Assembly (NCBI GenBank): GCA_012295275.1
Contig: CM022667.1
Coordinates: 18,848,001-18,912,000, forward strand
Reading direction: 5' to 3'
From: Chrysomallon squamiferum
Lineage: Eukaryota > Animalia > Mollusca
DNA: 64,000 bases
Shown: positions 12,063 through 27,207 of the stretch, one piece after another
Layout: every line of letters starts with the position of its first letter
How positions within the stretch are numbered: position 1 is the first letter of the stretch
Translations under genes and position numbers: made by a program
The notes under the pieces: generated by a model
Database searches by the model: none
Told to the model about the DNA's origin: nothing
The model's input: the letters and a program-made list of their open reading frames with translations, nothing else

Positions 12063-13859
12063 CTCTCGCAAGTATGAAAGAATTTCAACCAAACTGTCCG
12101 GTGTAATAATTTGTACTACGCAGTGAGTATCTGTGTTTGGCTCGCACTGAATATTGATTATTGATTATCTTTCCAGGAGAAGAAAATTCGAATAGAGAAG
12201 TCCATGATTTGAGACAATGTGTCTGGTGTTATTAATGAGAATATTACCAAATCCCTGATGACAAACAACATTAATTTTGTAACTCTTGCATTATATGCAA
12301 TTTTACTTTTTTGTATTACTAACAAAATAATCAATGAAAATGTTTATAATGCAAATAAAGGTCGCTGTATTTTATATAAATGTGTCTTTTTATTAACAGA
12401 GACGATTAAATAAACTGTAAAAACATAATTAGGAACAAGTTGTAATCTTTCTTGGTTTTCAAGTGTCGACATTTCAGTAGAGCTTTGTGATATAATAAAA
12501 ATGCTGGTTGGTTTTGAAAGGATTGATTCATATTTTCTAACATAACGTAATCCCTGATGACACTGACTAGTAGAAAAAACATCAAATAATATGCCGAAAA
12601 CACGTGTGTGTTTCATGTGAAATCCATATAAATCCACGATAATTTGCAAAAATATCACACGTTTTTTTGTGTTATCCAAGAGTTTATTGTTCGAAAAAAG
12701 TCCACGAGATTTAAGATATCAATAGGTTTATCATTCATAAGCATTTTTAATCCATGAAGGTTCCATATAGAACTCATATTTCTTCACATGGTACTTTGGC
12801 TCCAGATAATACCTGGCAATGCAGGGCCAAATGATTTTTGTGTCAGATGGTTGATGTGTTTTCATCCATTGAAACAGGATCTGTTTAGTATCATGCTCTA
12901 AACCTGTTTATATACACGTTTAATATCTGTAGAACCTATAATAAAGAAGGTAGGTACGTTTGAGCTAATTAATCCTAAAAATAAATGAATGAGTCAAATT
13001 TATGAATGTTCGCAACATGTTAAAAAATAATGCATTTAATATAATACTTATATATTCGTTTAAAACTATATGAGTAACTCAGTGTTTATGTTACCAAACG
13101 ACTGAAACGAATGACAGTTTCTCCGTAGATTACGAAGTAAAAATTACAATGAAATTTATTCAGACACAAATTTGTAAATTATTTCATATCAGTGATATCT
13201 TGACCTTATTTTAATCTGTTTTTGCTAGTTTAATAATATAGAATAATAGATAGTAAAACACTGGTTTCGAACTAGATACAAAATCACATTGATTTCTGAG
13301 AATATACAGCTTTATGCCGTATAGTCACACGATCCAATAGTCATGTATCAAACAAGTCATACAGGCAGAAAGGCAGTCAAATGGAATACTTGACTATGGA
13401 CAGTTTTGCTTAACAGATGATTCAGAAGAAAGCACTTTGTTGTAATGTCTTTACAAGTTGATACCAACAGAATTGCAAGATGATATGAACAGAATTATTG
13501 TTTTTATATTTGTTGATTATCAGATAGTGTTGAATGTTAATAAATGTAGTCATCAAAAATTCAATTCTTTGGGAGATTACAAAAGTTATACAGAAAGTCT
13601 TCATGTCCTTCGGCTTAATACCACATTTTGTTATTTTAAAGTTAAATTTCTGTCTAAAGATTTTGTATTTTAAATATTTGTAATGTTTGATACTAATTAG
13701 CAGCCTAAGTTTCGTAGAATTTTATTTGTTTTATTAAAGTGAACTGGCAGTTGAAAATAATTAAATTAACAGCTAAAAATGAGAAGCTTTCTCATCAAAC
13801 AAATCCGGGTTTTGGATGTCCTCTTCTATTGTAAAACTGCAGAAAAGTATTCATGAATT

Positions 13860-13985
<126 letters not shown>

Positions 13986-15707
13986 CCTATCGTTGTCATT
14001 ACCATTATTGTCATCACCATCATCATCATAATCAATGGTAATTCTGAAAATCAGGTTGTTCAATTTCACACTGTAATATTTCTGCTTTTACTGAGTGTAA
14101 TGATTCTGATTTTGTTATTTTGTTTCTATGTTGTTGTTTTCTTCAGAAAGATCTGGAAGTAAAAGTCGCGTTTTGTTAAAATTAGGATATCAACCTCTAT
14201 TTTGATTGTAAAAACACACGTGGATTTTTCCAAAAAAATGTTGTTACAAGTTTATGAGTTTCAATTTTAAAAGTGAATGGAATTTGTGTGATACGAAATG
14301 AGCTGTGAATTTTCTTTCCATATCCCTTCTTCTTTTTTTATCTTTTTTTAATTTTAATATAGTTCATATTCATGAAACAGCCGAACGAAATTATCGGATT
14401 CAACTATTAGGAATGAATTATATTTGAACTACATTTAGGATTTTAACACAGAAATATTATTATAGAATTATCTTTCTTTAAAAATAGATAATTACAATCC
14501 AAAATTAACTGACACTGTAGATTTTAGAGTGTATGTTTAGACCTAAAATAATAATCATAGTAATAGAAACGCTGAATAACATACTTCAGTGATATAGTGT
14601 CAATCTATCTCACTGATAAGCAGTATTACCTATATAAAATAGGTTTATATTTCATGGCTCTGGATTACAGATCATACTTCAGTGTACAACATATAGAATA
14701 AGATACTTGGTTTTTCATTTTTCTTTAATGAATTATTAGTATTAACAAATAATTAACGTTTTCGTTCTTATTACAGATTTCATTAAAGTTCTTTTTTTAA
14801 TTAACTTCCTTTTATATTATAGTTTTGTATGAAAAAGAACAAATGAATAGATACTGAGATCAGCCCCCACATCAAAAACGAATTGGTTTCACGTAAGATA
14901 AGAGTCCGGGCTTCTTAAAGTGAGTTCTGCACAACCTGTCACTGATTATACGCCCCGTTTCAGATAAATAAACCATTCATATTCAGAGTTTACAGATTCA
15001 ATATTTAAAATTCCAAATTCCAAATTCTATTTCCACTGTATTTTGTCACTTTTTTTTCTCAGAATACAACCATCAAATTTGATAAAATAAACAAAAAATA
15101 AAAATATAACCATAAAAACTAGGTTTTTAAAAGTTTATTTTGTTCCTGTTTCCATTTACCTTTTCAGACTTATCCTTTATCAGAAAAAAAAAGAAAAAAA
15201 AATACAAAATAAAAACACTAAACAACAACAAAAAATAAAATAGAACAGTTGTTAAAATGTGTAAAGAAATTAACAATATTGTAGATTACAAATTATGTAT
15301 ATTAATTGACCCAACGGGACTGTGAGAGATGTATGCGCATACAGCAAATGCATTCCATCCAACTGTTTTTATGTCAATGTACTAGACACATCCAGCAGCG
15401 TCGTAATATATTCTCTTTCATAGGATCTTTCTGTGACGATCTATTATTTATTTTTTTCGATTTGATACCTAATCTGTAGAGTATTTCGATGTGTGAAATA
15501 CTGATACAGCAACATACATTAACCCTACTAAATTATTAAAAATAATTCATTTCAGTTAATAACGAACATCAGCATTCTGATATCATAATATACTCTTTAA
15601 AAATCGACATGTTTAGGAATTATACTTAACTAAAAAAGTGTGTATCAAATGTTTGTTGCTTCGAAATAATTTAAAATAAAGTGATCAATCTTTGTAATAC
15701 GTTAGCT

Positions 15708-18520
15708 CAGTGACTCAACCGCCGTGTCGCGACACACAAGTGTGTCGCGAGGCTCCGTCAGGTGTGTCGCGAAACTTTGTGACGAACACCTGAAAACACG
15801 GACAATGTGCATAAATCTCCGTTTCATGTTCTACTAATATGCCTTGGAGGAAGGAACTTCCTTTCTCCAGTGAATATGCACACATTCAAAGTCCACCAAT
15901 CAGTGGCGGCCACCAACCTTTGCACCTTTCGCTCAAGGTCGATCAGTTGCCCATGAGACGTCAGTGTGATAGGTTGTGTGTGTGGTGTTGTTCCGCACTG
16001 GTCGTGTGTGCGCGTGCGTAATGCCGATTGCCGAATTAACTTCGTTGTGTTTTAAATTATTGTCATTCTTAAACACTTATTAGTAAAGAGATGTAGCTAA
16101 CTAGGTGTATTTAGTTAAGAAATTATGCTAGTTAGAACAGACTTTGCAAATCTGTCGTCTCGGCAAATCTGTTCAGTTAACAGTGTTTACTATTTACTTA
16201 CATCGAATTCAATCGTACTGCACGCGCAATTTTGACCTCTAAATTACAGATGAATTTGAACTAAATTAGCTTGTGACTAATCATAACTAGAACTGAACGC
16301 TGTTTTCTGTGCTTGCATATTTTTCAATTTGTTTAGCTCAGAATCAGTGTTGTTCACGCACTTTCAAACTATTGTTTTTAGCTCGCAATACTTGAGTTAA
16401 ATCACATGGTGAAATAATTAAATAAGGATATTCAGTTTTTGTTATTGCATTGGTAGAATAAAGGTTAGTTTTACCATATATTTCAGAAGGTGATAGAGTG
16501 AAAAAAAATGTGAACACTACTTAATGTTCCAGTTTGACACAGGAGGTTGACCGTTGACACACGGATCAGTTTAACACTGCCTGTTGTTTACTGTTATTGG
16601 TTAGAGTACGCGCGTGTTAACTGCTTATGAATACCCCTTCACAATGGATAAATTTGTTAAAAGGAAGGATTAGTGACGGGTGTGAGGTTGAAACAGAATA
16701 TACAATGAAGCCCACAAAATCCAGCACAAAAAAGGCAAAAGTTCACCATAATAGACGGTATTGTGATGATTATTTGAAGTTTGGATTTTCTTGGTCAGAA
16801 GATGTTGCTCAACCATGTCCATTATGTATAGTTTGTGGTGAAAAAATGGCCAATGAATCCATGGTACCAAATAAATTACAAAGACATTTCACGACTAAAC
16901 ATTCCTACCTACAAGATAAAGATCTGAATTATTTTCAAAGACTGTTACAACAGCAATCAAAGCAACGCAATGTTTTTCAGAAAACAATGACCGTGTCTGA
17001 ACGGGCTCAACTCGCTTCAGTTGAGGTAGCTGAAATAATAGCAATGAAATCCAAATCCCACACTCTTGCTGAGTCAGTTATCCTTCCCGCTTGTAAAAAG
17101 ATGGTGAAATCCATGTTAGGCGAAACAGTTGAAAAAGAAATTAGTAAAATTCCGCTTTCAAATGATACAATACACAGCAGAATTGTAGATTTATCTGAAA
17201 ACATTGAAACTAATGTTCAGAAAAAACTTGAAGGATCTAAATTTGCTTTAATAGTTGATGAATCGACCGATATCAGTAACTGCTCAATTGCTTGTATTTG
17301 TTCGTTTCATTAATGACGATGAAATAATCAATCAGTTTTTGTGTTGTAAAGAAAGGCCAACCACTACTAGAGGTCAAGATATTTTTGATATGATAACCGG
17401 CTATCATAAAAAAATGAATTTGACGTGGAAGTTTTGTGTTGGTATTTGTATTGATGGTGCACCATGTACGGTAGGCTGCATTAAAGGTTTTGCAACACTA
17501 GCACAGAAAGAAAATCCAAATCTTGTTCGTAGTCATTGCTTTTTACATAGAGAAGTTTTAGTTTCAAAAGTATCACAAGAAGATTTGAAGCAAGTGTTAC
17601 ACCAAGTAGTTGAAATTTTCAATTCTCAACATGTTCGCTTACTCATGCATACCGACGTTCGATGGCTGTCAAAAGGTAAAGTGTTAACTCGCGTTCATGA
17701 ATTACAGAAGGAATTAATAGTATTTTTTGATAAAGAAAAGCACGAAAGATTTTGTAAATATCTTCGATGTGAATTTTGGATGGCCAAAATGGAATATTTA
17801 ACGGAAATATTTGGTCAACTTAATATTGTGAACAGTAGTATGCAAGGTCGAAACGAAAATATTCTAACTTCGACAGATAAATTGGTTGCCCTTAAAAAGA
17901 AAATTGTTATTTGGAAAAACAGAGCAAAGTTGGGTGAGTTTGATATGTTTGCTACAATGCGTACTAACTGCACTAAAGAAATGATCGTAATCCTGGGTTC
18001 GTAATCCTTTTGTAGATGTTCCTTCTAATATTGGGTTTAAATTATGCGAAGAAGAAGAATTGGCTACCATTTCAAGTGACTGCAGTCTTAAAATAAAGCA
18101 TTCTGAGGTAGATATCGACACATTTTGGATTTCAATACAAAAGGAATTTCCCGCATTACCTGAAAAAGCCCTGTTAGTTCTTTTACAATTCTCTACTCCT
18201 TATTTGTGTGAATTGGGCTTTTCAACCTTAAATAATATAAAAAATAAGAAGAGAGAAAGACTACGTTCCACTGATGAAGAAATGAGAGTTTGCTTATCGC
18301 ACATACGACCAAATATTCAAGAAGTCATAAGACAACACAAGGCACAGGTTTCACACTACGTAAGTGGCAATTCTGGGATACTAACATAATAAACTGTATC
18401 AGACAAGTCCAAATATTTATTTTACGATCTCATTATATAATATTTAAAATTATTACTGTGTCGCGACAGTTTCATGCGCTCGTAGGTATGTCGAGAGTAA
18501 AAAAAGGTTGAGAAACACTG
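15708..18520 (+). mobile_element. hAT-superfamily DNA transposon, Buster/Charlie type, 2813 bp, non-functional
   Basis: The left end CAGTGACTCAACC and the right end GGTTGAGAAACACTG form an imperfect TIR. The 8-bp TSD is CGTTAGCT (15700-15707) / CTTTAGCT (18521-18528), with the Buster NNNTANNN pattern. Subterminal TGTGTCGCGA repeats occur at both ends. Empty sites are present in the paralogous segments at ~28686-28693 and 38410-38417. Confidence 0.96.
16644..18389 (+). pseudogene. Frameshifted Buster-type hAT transposase (ZBED5/ZBED8/SCAND3/FAM200-like)
   Basis: Probable start MDKFVKRK at 16644. Motifs: BED-type zinc finger (YLKFGF..PLCIVC..PNKLQRHFTTKH), catalytic DESTD, CIDGAP, HCFLHRE, VRWLS, and C-terminal FSTPYLCELGFS..QVSH. 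The frame is split over ORFs 16627-17313, 17255-18004 and 18060-18389, with apparent internal deletions. Confidence 0.95.
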
Positions 18521-18686
18521 CTTTAGCTGAATATCCCCAGTCGCTTCGGGTAAGTGAAAGAGGACAGTTTGTAATATCGCACGCCGCTATGTATACTGCA
18601 CGTGCACAAGGATGTATTGAAATCGTATTTTGATGCGGTGACACACCATGATCCAGAAACAAACGGAAGATTTTATCCTGTTTATA

Positions 18687-19215
18687 ATGGGTCGCCGTCC
18701 AGACTTAACGGAAAATCAACGTCATGAAGTAAGGGGACGGTTTCACGCCGGTCAATGCGTTCACGACGTCGCTCAGTACCTTCCTGTTGATGACAGTACC
18801 ATATGACGACTCCAACAACGCGTACACCAAAGTGGGCAAGTTCGAGATCGACCCCGTTCTGGTAGACCACGATTAACTACTCCAAGGGAACATAGGTATT
18901 TAGTGACGTCATCTCGACGTCAAAGGTTCGAAAGTGCTCCACTTTAGCACGTACGTTACAGCAAAGCACAGGAACTAGAATTCATGCTCAAACTTTGCGC
19001 AATCGTCTCCATGCTGCTGGTTTACAAGCACGTCGCCCTGTCGTAGCTGTTCCCCTGACAGCGCGTCACGTTCAGGAACGTCTGAGATAGAGGCAGACAA
19101 TGGGATCAGTCATTCCATTCAGCATCCTGGCTTTCTGTTTCAACATGACAATGCTAGACCACCACTACTAACCTTCTTGAGCGGAACGACATTGAACTGG
19201 CCAACAAAGTCACCA
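18687..19215 (+). mobile_element. Degenerate Tc1/mariner (Tc1-like) transposase relic, copy 1 (3'-truncated)
   Basis: Translates, across frameshifts, to MGRRPDLTENQRHEV.., RDRPRSGRPRLTT, RNRLHAAGLQARRP, QHDNARP and WP. It has stops and an internal deletion. TIRs were not confidently found. Confidence 0.85.
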
Positions 19216-19474
19216 TTTTATAAGATGTACCCCTCTCTTTCTTCAGCTCGCATTAATAACAAAGACGCTGACACCGTGACGACGTGTTACTACTGCTGGC
19301 CACATTCAAAAATGCTGTATCAATGAAATAACGTGTACAAATAAAATCAATATCCAATCAGGTTGTCTGTATTTCATATCTTGTACATAATTGCTAAACT
19401 TTTTTCGCACAGTATATATAGATATGACCTCAGATCCTATATGCTAAGCGTTTTGAATAAAATACTTAAAGTTG

Positions 19475-19514
<40 letters not shown>

Positions 19515-20354
19515 TAATAATAATAATAATAATAATCATAAATTTAATAAATAAATAACTCAATAACAAATCGTTTGTTATTTTTATAAAGAAAGGTGAA
19601 TTTTGGTTGAAGAAGTGATCCGATAAAAAACACTTAAATCGAATAAAAGCCTTGTTATAGCAGAGTAACATATGCATGTGCTTTGCATTCAGATATTTTA
19701 TTTTGTTTTCTTTTAATTATTTTCTTTTTACTTCTTTAACTTTCTTATTATTGTTATTATTATTAGTGTTGTTGTTGTTGCTGCTGCTTTTTTCTCTTCA
19801 TTTATTTCACACAATTTCCATCTAGTATTAAATTTGAAACTCATAATAATAAAAAATAAAAATAAATAAAAATTCAGTTTTAAATCACTACCATTCACCT
19901 AAATGAAAATATACCACATTCACTGATTTATTTCATTACATAATTACCTCGACATCGTTATAATTTAGATTTCTAAACCAAATAGGTGAACAGATCGACC
20001 TACAATAATAAGACATCTAGTTAGTATGTGTGTGTGTTTGTGCGTGTGTGTGTGTGTGTGCGTGTGTGTGTGTGTTGTTCCAAAAATATTTCCTACTTTC
20101 CTCTTAATATAAATATGTATGGAGTTTTAGAATCAAAATAGAAGTCCATATCCTAATTTTAACCTCACTTTTACTCCTACATTTTTCTGAAGAAAAATAC
20201 AACATTGAAACAAAAGAACAAAGACAGGATCAATATACTAAGCAAAAACCTAATAACAAGAGCTTCACATGCACAGCAATATTACAAATTTAATAACTAG
20301 ATTTTGAAGCTTATCATTGGTGATCATCATGATGATAATAATAATGTATGCAGC

Positions 20355-20479
<125 letters not shown>

Positions 20480-20999
20480 TCTCAGGAAATTTTTGAATAC
20501 TTTTCTACAGTTCTACAATAGAACAGGGCATCCAAAACCTAGATTCCTTTGACGAGAAAGCTTCTCATTTTTAGCTGTTAACTTAATTATTTACAATTGC
20601 CAGTTCACTTTAATAAAACAAATTAAATTCTGCGAAACTTAGGCTTGTGCATAGTCAAGTATTGCATTTGACTGCCTTTCTGTCTGTATGACTTGTTTGA
20701 TACATGACTATTGGATCGTGTGACTATACGGCATAAAGCTGCATATTTTCAGAAATCAATGTGATCTTGTACCAGTGTGTTACTATCTATTATTCTGTAT
20801 TATTAAACTAGCAAAAACAGATTAAAATAAGATCAAGAAAAATACAACATTGGAACAAAAGAACAAAAACAGGATCAATATACTGAGCAAAAACCTAATG
20901 ACAAAACTTTAAAATGAACAGCAATATTACAAATTTAATAACTAGATTTTGAAGATTATCATTCATGATGTTGATGATGAAAATAATAATGCAAGCAGC

Positions 21000-21115
<116 letters not shown>

Positions 21116-22936
21116 GCAAATTCACACAGCAAACTTTTCTGCAGTTTTAAAATAGAAGAGGACATCCAAAACCCAGATTCCTTTGATGAGAAAGCTTCTC
21201 ATTTTTAGCTGTTAACTTAATTATTTACAACTGCCAGTTCACTTTAATAAAACAAATAAAATTCTACGAAACTTAGGCTTCTAATTAGTATCAAACATTA
21301 GAAATATTTAAAATACAAAATTTGTAGATAGAAATTTAACTTTAAAAAAAATATATCGTATTAAGCCGAAGGACATGAACACGTTCTGTATAACTTTTGT
21401 AATATGCCAAAGATTTCAATTTTTGATGACATTATTTATTAACAATCGACACTATCTGATAATCAACAAATATAAAAACAAATAATAGATGATATCAATT
21501 CGCAAAGACATTACAACAAAGTGTTTATTCTGGATCATCTATTAAGCAAAAGTGTCCATAGTCAAGTATTCCATTTAACTGCCTTTCCGTGCGTATGACT
21601 TGTTTGATATATGACTATTGGAACGTGTGACTATACGGCATAAACCTGTATATTCTTAGAAATAAACCTGATTTTGTACATAGTTCGAAACCAGTGTGTT
21701 ACTCTCTATTATTCTGTATTATTAAACTAGCAAAAACAGATTAAAATAAGATCAAGATATCTTGATATCACTGATATGAAATAATTTACGAATTGTATCT
21801 GAAAAAATTTTAATGTAACTTTTTCTTCGTAATATACGGACAAACTCTCATTCGTTTCAGTCATTTATGCAACATAAACACTGAGTTACTCATATAGTTT
21901 TAAACGAATATATACGTATTATATATAAAAATGAAACTTTTTATGAGATCCAGAGGTATACATTCTTTTTAAACATGTTGCGAACATTCATAAATGTCAC
22001 TCAGTAATTTATTTATAGCATTAATTAGCTCAAACGTACCTAACATCTTAATTATACCTCAAAGAGTGTACAGATATTAAACGAGTATATAAAAAGGTTT
22101 AGATTAAAATACTTCACAGATCCTGTTTCAATGGATGAAAACACATCAACCATCTCAGAAAAAAGTAATTTGCACTGAACTGGTAGGTATTATCTGGAGC
22201 CAAAGTACCGTGTGAAGAAATATGAGTTCTACATGGAACCTTCATGGATTTAAAATGCTTATGAAGGATAAACCTATTGATATCTTAAATCTCGTGGACT
22301 TTTTTCGAACAATAAACACTTGGATAACACAAAAAAACGGCTGATATTTTTGCAAATTATTGTGAATTTATGTGTATTTCACGTGAAATACACACATGTT
22401 TTCGGCAAATTAGCTGACGTGTTTTCTACTAGTCAGTTTCGTGAGGGATTTTCTTATCTTAGAAAATATGAATCAATCGTTTCAAAGCCAACCAACATTT
22501 TTATTATATCACAAAGCTCTACTGAAATGTCTACACTTGAAAACCATCAAAGATTACAACTTGTTCCTAATTATGTTTTTGCAGTTTATTTAATCGTCTC
22601 TGTTTATATAAAGACATACACATATAATATACAGCGATCTTTATTTGCATTATAAAAATGTTCATTGATTATTTTGTCAGTAATACAAAAAAGTAAAATT
22701 GTATATAATGCAAGAGTTCAAAAATTAATGTTGTTTGTCATCAGGGATTTGATAATATTCTGTTAATACAACACCAGACACATTGTCTCAAATCGTGGGT
22801 TCTCTATTCGAATTTGCTTCTCCTGGAAAGATAATCAATAATCAATATTCAGTCCGAACCAAATACAGATACTCACTGCGTAGTACAAATTATTACACCG
22901 GACAGTTTGGTTGAAATTCTTTCATACTTGCGAGAG

Positions 22937-23359
22937 ATGGATTATTCACTATTTATTTTGCTGGTAACGTCTGTAATCTGTTGTCATGGTAACAAGAGGT
23001 AGGTAATATCTGTTTTTATATATTCTTAACTGTATCTCAATAAAAACTCTTTGATATTGCAAGAAGAGAAATCAGTTGTTATAAAATCAAATCAAACGAA
23101 ATACAAATTTAATTATATTATACATTTCTTTTATTCATAGTAGAGTGCTGGTTATGGTATAAAAATGTTTAAAAATTATTCCGAGATGGTGATAATGTAA
23201 CCAAACTAATCTATCTTTAGTAATTCAAATAACATTAACCTTCTTTTCCTTCTTCTTCGTCTTCTTCTTCTTTTTCTTCTTATGGTAGGTGAAAACAAAC
23301 AAATTATCCGAGATAGTTATAATGTAACCAAACTAATCTATCTTTCCTAATTCAAATAA

Positions 23360-23431
<72 letters not shown>

Positions 23432-24620
23432 TATTATTATTATTATTATCACAGGTGCAACACGACAATGACATGGATAAAAAGACGTGATTTTACTAAT
23501 GTCCAGGTAAACCAGGCTCTCATATCTTCTGCTTACAAAATTTCATCGCAAGGCCTTTGTGGGATACGTTGCGAAAATAATTCTACCTGTGTTTGGTTTT
23601 CGTACAACGTGTATGGAATTTGTCGTCTGCATTATTTGAGATTTATGATGTCGGGCAGCTTTTCAGCTTCACCTGGCTGGACGCACTTTTACCTGAGTGC
23701 AGGTAGAAAATTACAGACACACGCGCACTCACACACAAATATTAAAACAAATACTTTAAATTAGTTAAACACATACACACACACAGAAAGACAGTAACAA
23801 TAATTTTAAAATATTAAAAATTTTAATATGTATATATTTCTAGGATTATAAAGAAATTTCTGATCCTATCCTTGTAACAAAAATTAGTCCTTTATTATAG
23901 ACTTTAATATAAGTATGATTCTTAATTCTGAAAACGAATTATAATTTTATAATCTTTTAGAAATTATTATCCTTTCCTGGCAGGTTCCTGTCCAGTGGAA
24001 GATCGGTTTGTTTATCTGGACAATCTGAATCTCTGTTTCAAAGTAGTCAGGGATAAGAAAACATTTTCTGAAGCACGTCTCGCCTGCAGTCAGATCGGTT
24101 CAAGACTGATTGTACTGGACACAAAAGACAAAAACACAGCTGTTGGTGACTACATCCAAGCAAACATAGGTAGGAACATAAATACTGAAATGTAACTACT
24201 ACTAATACTGCTAATCCACAACTATTTCATTTACTTGACAACAAAATCTTCTATAATAAATACGGTATTTTTTACCAGTTGTAACTAAGTACATTTTCAA
24301 GTGATTGTTATTGTTATTATTATTGTTGTTGTTATTGTTGTCTTTGTCGCTGATTTTATTGTCATTGGTATTTTTATTATTTCTGTTACTGTTATTCAGG
24401 CACAGGTGAATATTTATACATCGGACTGACTGATGCTGTTACAGAAGACGTGTATGTTTGGGAGGACGGAAATCAGACAGTGTTTTTCAATTGGGGAACC
24501 GGTGAACCTCACAACAATAGTTCGGACGAGGACTGTGTTATGTTACGTTTTCCTTTAAACACATGGCATGATGTCTTGTGTTCTACAGAAGAAAATTACA
24601 TTTGTGAGAAACCAATGTGA
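22937..24620 (+). CDS. Secreted PAN/Apple + C-type lectin protein, paralogue B, 238 aa; exons 22937-22998, 23455-23702, 23984-24169, 24400-24620
   Basis: GT-AG introns with phases 2/1/1 give an open 717-nt CDS. Signal peptide MDYSLFILLVTSVICCHG; PAN core CGIRCENNSTCVWFSYNVYGICRL; long-form CTLD SCP..LCF..EARLACSQIGSRL..YIGLTD..WGTGEPHNNSSDEDCV..WHDVLC..YICEKPM*. Confidence 0.93.
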
Positions 24621-25864
24621 TTTTCTGTATTATTCGATCCAAATTTGATACTGTTACAGATGAAACTAACAAATCAGTTAATTTATATCTTTTTAATCTT
24701 TTACGAACCAGTAATTTATAAATTCTGTCGTAAATCATGATTATTATGATGATTCTGATGGTTATGATGAGGATGATTAAAATAAAATGGTTGTTTAAAA
24801 CAGAGTTACTCATTCCTTCATCAAAATGCTTCGTCGTCAAGAGCATTTCATGAAATAAAAATTCAGAGTAGGAGTAGTTGTAGTTCAAAAGGTACAATTA
24901 ATTAATTACATTTTCAGAAAAACGTAAGTAAATTCCTTGAAACGTTGTCTGTTACCTCCGGTTACATTAAACGTAACCAGGTTGTAAGTAGGGATTTGTT
25001 TCGATGAATTTATCATTAAATCAAACATTTAATCAAGAAAGGTTACTCAGAACTAAAATAAATGTAAATAAGTTTTGAAATCGTTAATTACTAAAGATAC
25101 ATGACATATGGATGTAACCAAAATTACAATTAACAATTGATAGTCTATACATTTACATATGTAACACAGAACGTAACTGTGAACAGTAAAACAAACAAAA
25201 CCCCAGCAAAGATAACATCCCTTTTCCTTGTACTATAATTACAACAGCAACAACGACCACCACAAGTACTACTACAAATAGTAAGAGTACTACTACTAAT
25301 GAAACATATTTAAAGGAAACATTATATTCTCTCATAGAAGAATGAAAGTATATACGAAAAAAATATATCCCGTTCTACATTATTAATAATAAGGATGACA
25401 ACATCAACAACCTGCTTATATTCATCTCCATCAGGGAATACGTATTTTACCAAATGTATTTATTTTTAAGTAAGCATCAGAATAAATTTCATAATCTTCA
25501 CAAGTGAGAAAACACAGCAACGACAACGACAACAACAATCATAACAATCGACACTATATTAAATTAAATTAAATTAAATTAAATTAAATTAAATTAAATA
25601 TATATGAAACAAGAAACATCCATAAAAAAAACCCAGAGAGAGAGAGAGGTAAAACAGAAGAATAATAATTTAAAAATTAAATTCATCGACAAGAAATCAT
25701 AAAATCTCATTTGAGACAATTGACTGCTGTGAAACCAAATAACGGTTCACATTGATTCATTGATTTTGTATACATTTATAGCCGTCTCTGAATTATCAAA
25801 AATTAAATTACTGTTCTGAATTTTCAATAATAATGATTTCTTCTGTTTTTGTTTGAAATATATG

Positions 25865-26835
25865 TAGTTATAACAGTACCATATACTACATAAGAAAAAT
25901 GTGTTTTCTGAGTATCATTATTAACAACAAGTTAGTCATATTTAATCTTTCTTATGTTTATTTATTTATTTTAAATGTTCTACGGCCATTCGCACCAATA
26001 CTATATAAGAAAAAAAAATTACTCTTTATCGTAATTAGCATAATATTAGTCACGATCGTTGATATCAACAGAGGAAAGCTGACGTCCACTTTTACAGTAA
26101 TTGTTCGTTTTCTATTTACCTTTATTGATTATCAGATAGAGTCGAAGGTTAGTAAATGTAGTCATCAAAAATTAAACTCTTTGGGAGACTGCAACTATTA
26201 TAACAGTACTATATACTAGTAAAATGTGGTTTCTATGTATCGTCATTAACAACAAGTGAGTCATAATTAATTTTTCCTGTGTTTATTTATTTTACATTTT
26301 CTATGGGCATCGGCACCATTACTATATAAGAAAATTTTTTATTCACTATCATAGTTACCATAATATTAGTCACGATCGTTGATATTAATTGAGGAAAGCT
26401 GACGTCACTTTTACAGTAATTGTTCGTTTTCTATTTACCTTTATTGATTATCAGATAGAGTCGAATGTTAATAAATGTAGTCATTAAAAATTAAACTCTT
26501 TGGGAGACTGCAACTATTATAACAGTACTATATACTAGAAAAATGTGGTTTCTGTGTATCATCATTAACAACAAGTGAGTCATAATTAATTTTTCTTGTG
26601 ATTATTTATTTTACATTTTCTATGGGCATCGGCACCATTACTATATAAGAATTTTTTTGTATTCATTATCATAGTTATCATAATATTAGTCACGATCGTT
26701 GATATTAATTGAGGAAAGCTGACGTCACTTTTACAGTAATTGTTCGTTTTCTATTTACCTTTATTGATTATCAGATAGAGTCGAATGTTAATAAATGTAG
26801 TCATTAAAAATTAAACTCTTCAGGAGACTACAACA
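25865..26835. repeat. ~320-bp tandem repeat, 3 units (2 units in the paralogous site ~35895-36490)
   Basis: TAACAGTAC(T/C)ATATACTA recurs at 25871, 26201 and 26520. GATTATCAGATAGAGTCGAA..CTCTTTGGGAGACT closes each unit. Confidence 0.92.
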
Positions 26836-27112
26836 ATTATACTGAACGTATTCATGTGCTTCGACTTCCTACCACATTTTTGTTAAAGTTAAATTTCTGT
26901 CTAAACGTTTTCTACTTCAACTGTTTCTAATGTTTGATACTAGTTGGTAGCTTAGTTTCGGAGAATTTTATTTGTTTTATTAAAGTGAAATAATTGTAAA
27001 TAATTAAGCTAAACATTAAAGCTTTTCTCATCAAAGGAATCTAGGTTTTGGTTGTCCTTTTCTATTCTAAAGCTGCAGAATGGTAGTCATGAATATGCTA
27101 ACAGAGACATAC

Positions 27113-27207
<95 letters not shown>

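Noticed and set aside
12805-12835. ATACCTGGCA resembling the U1 snRNA 5' end
   Set aside because: Only a short match, lacking ACTTACCTG and the downstream U1 stem-loops and Sm site.
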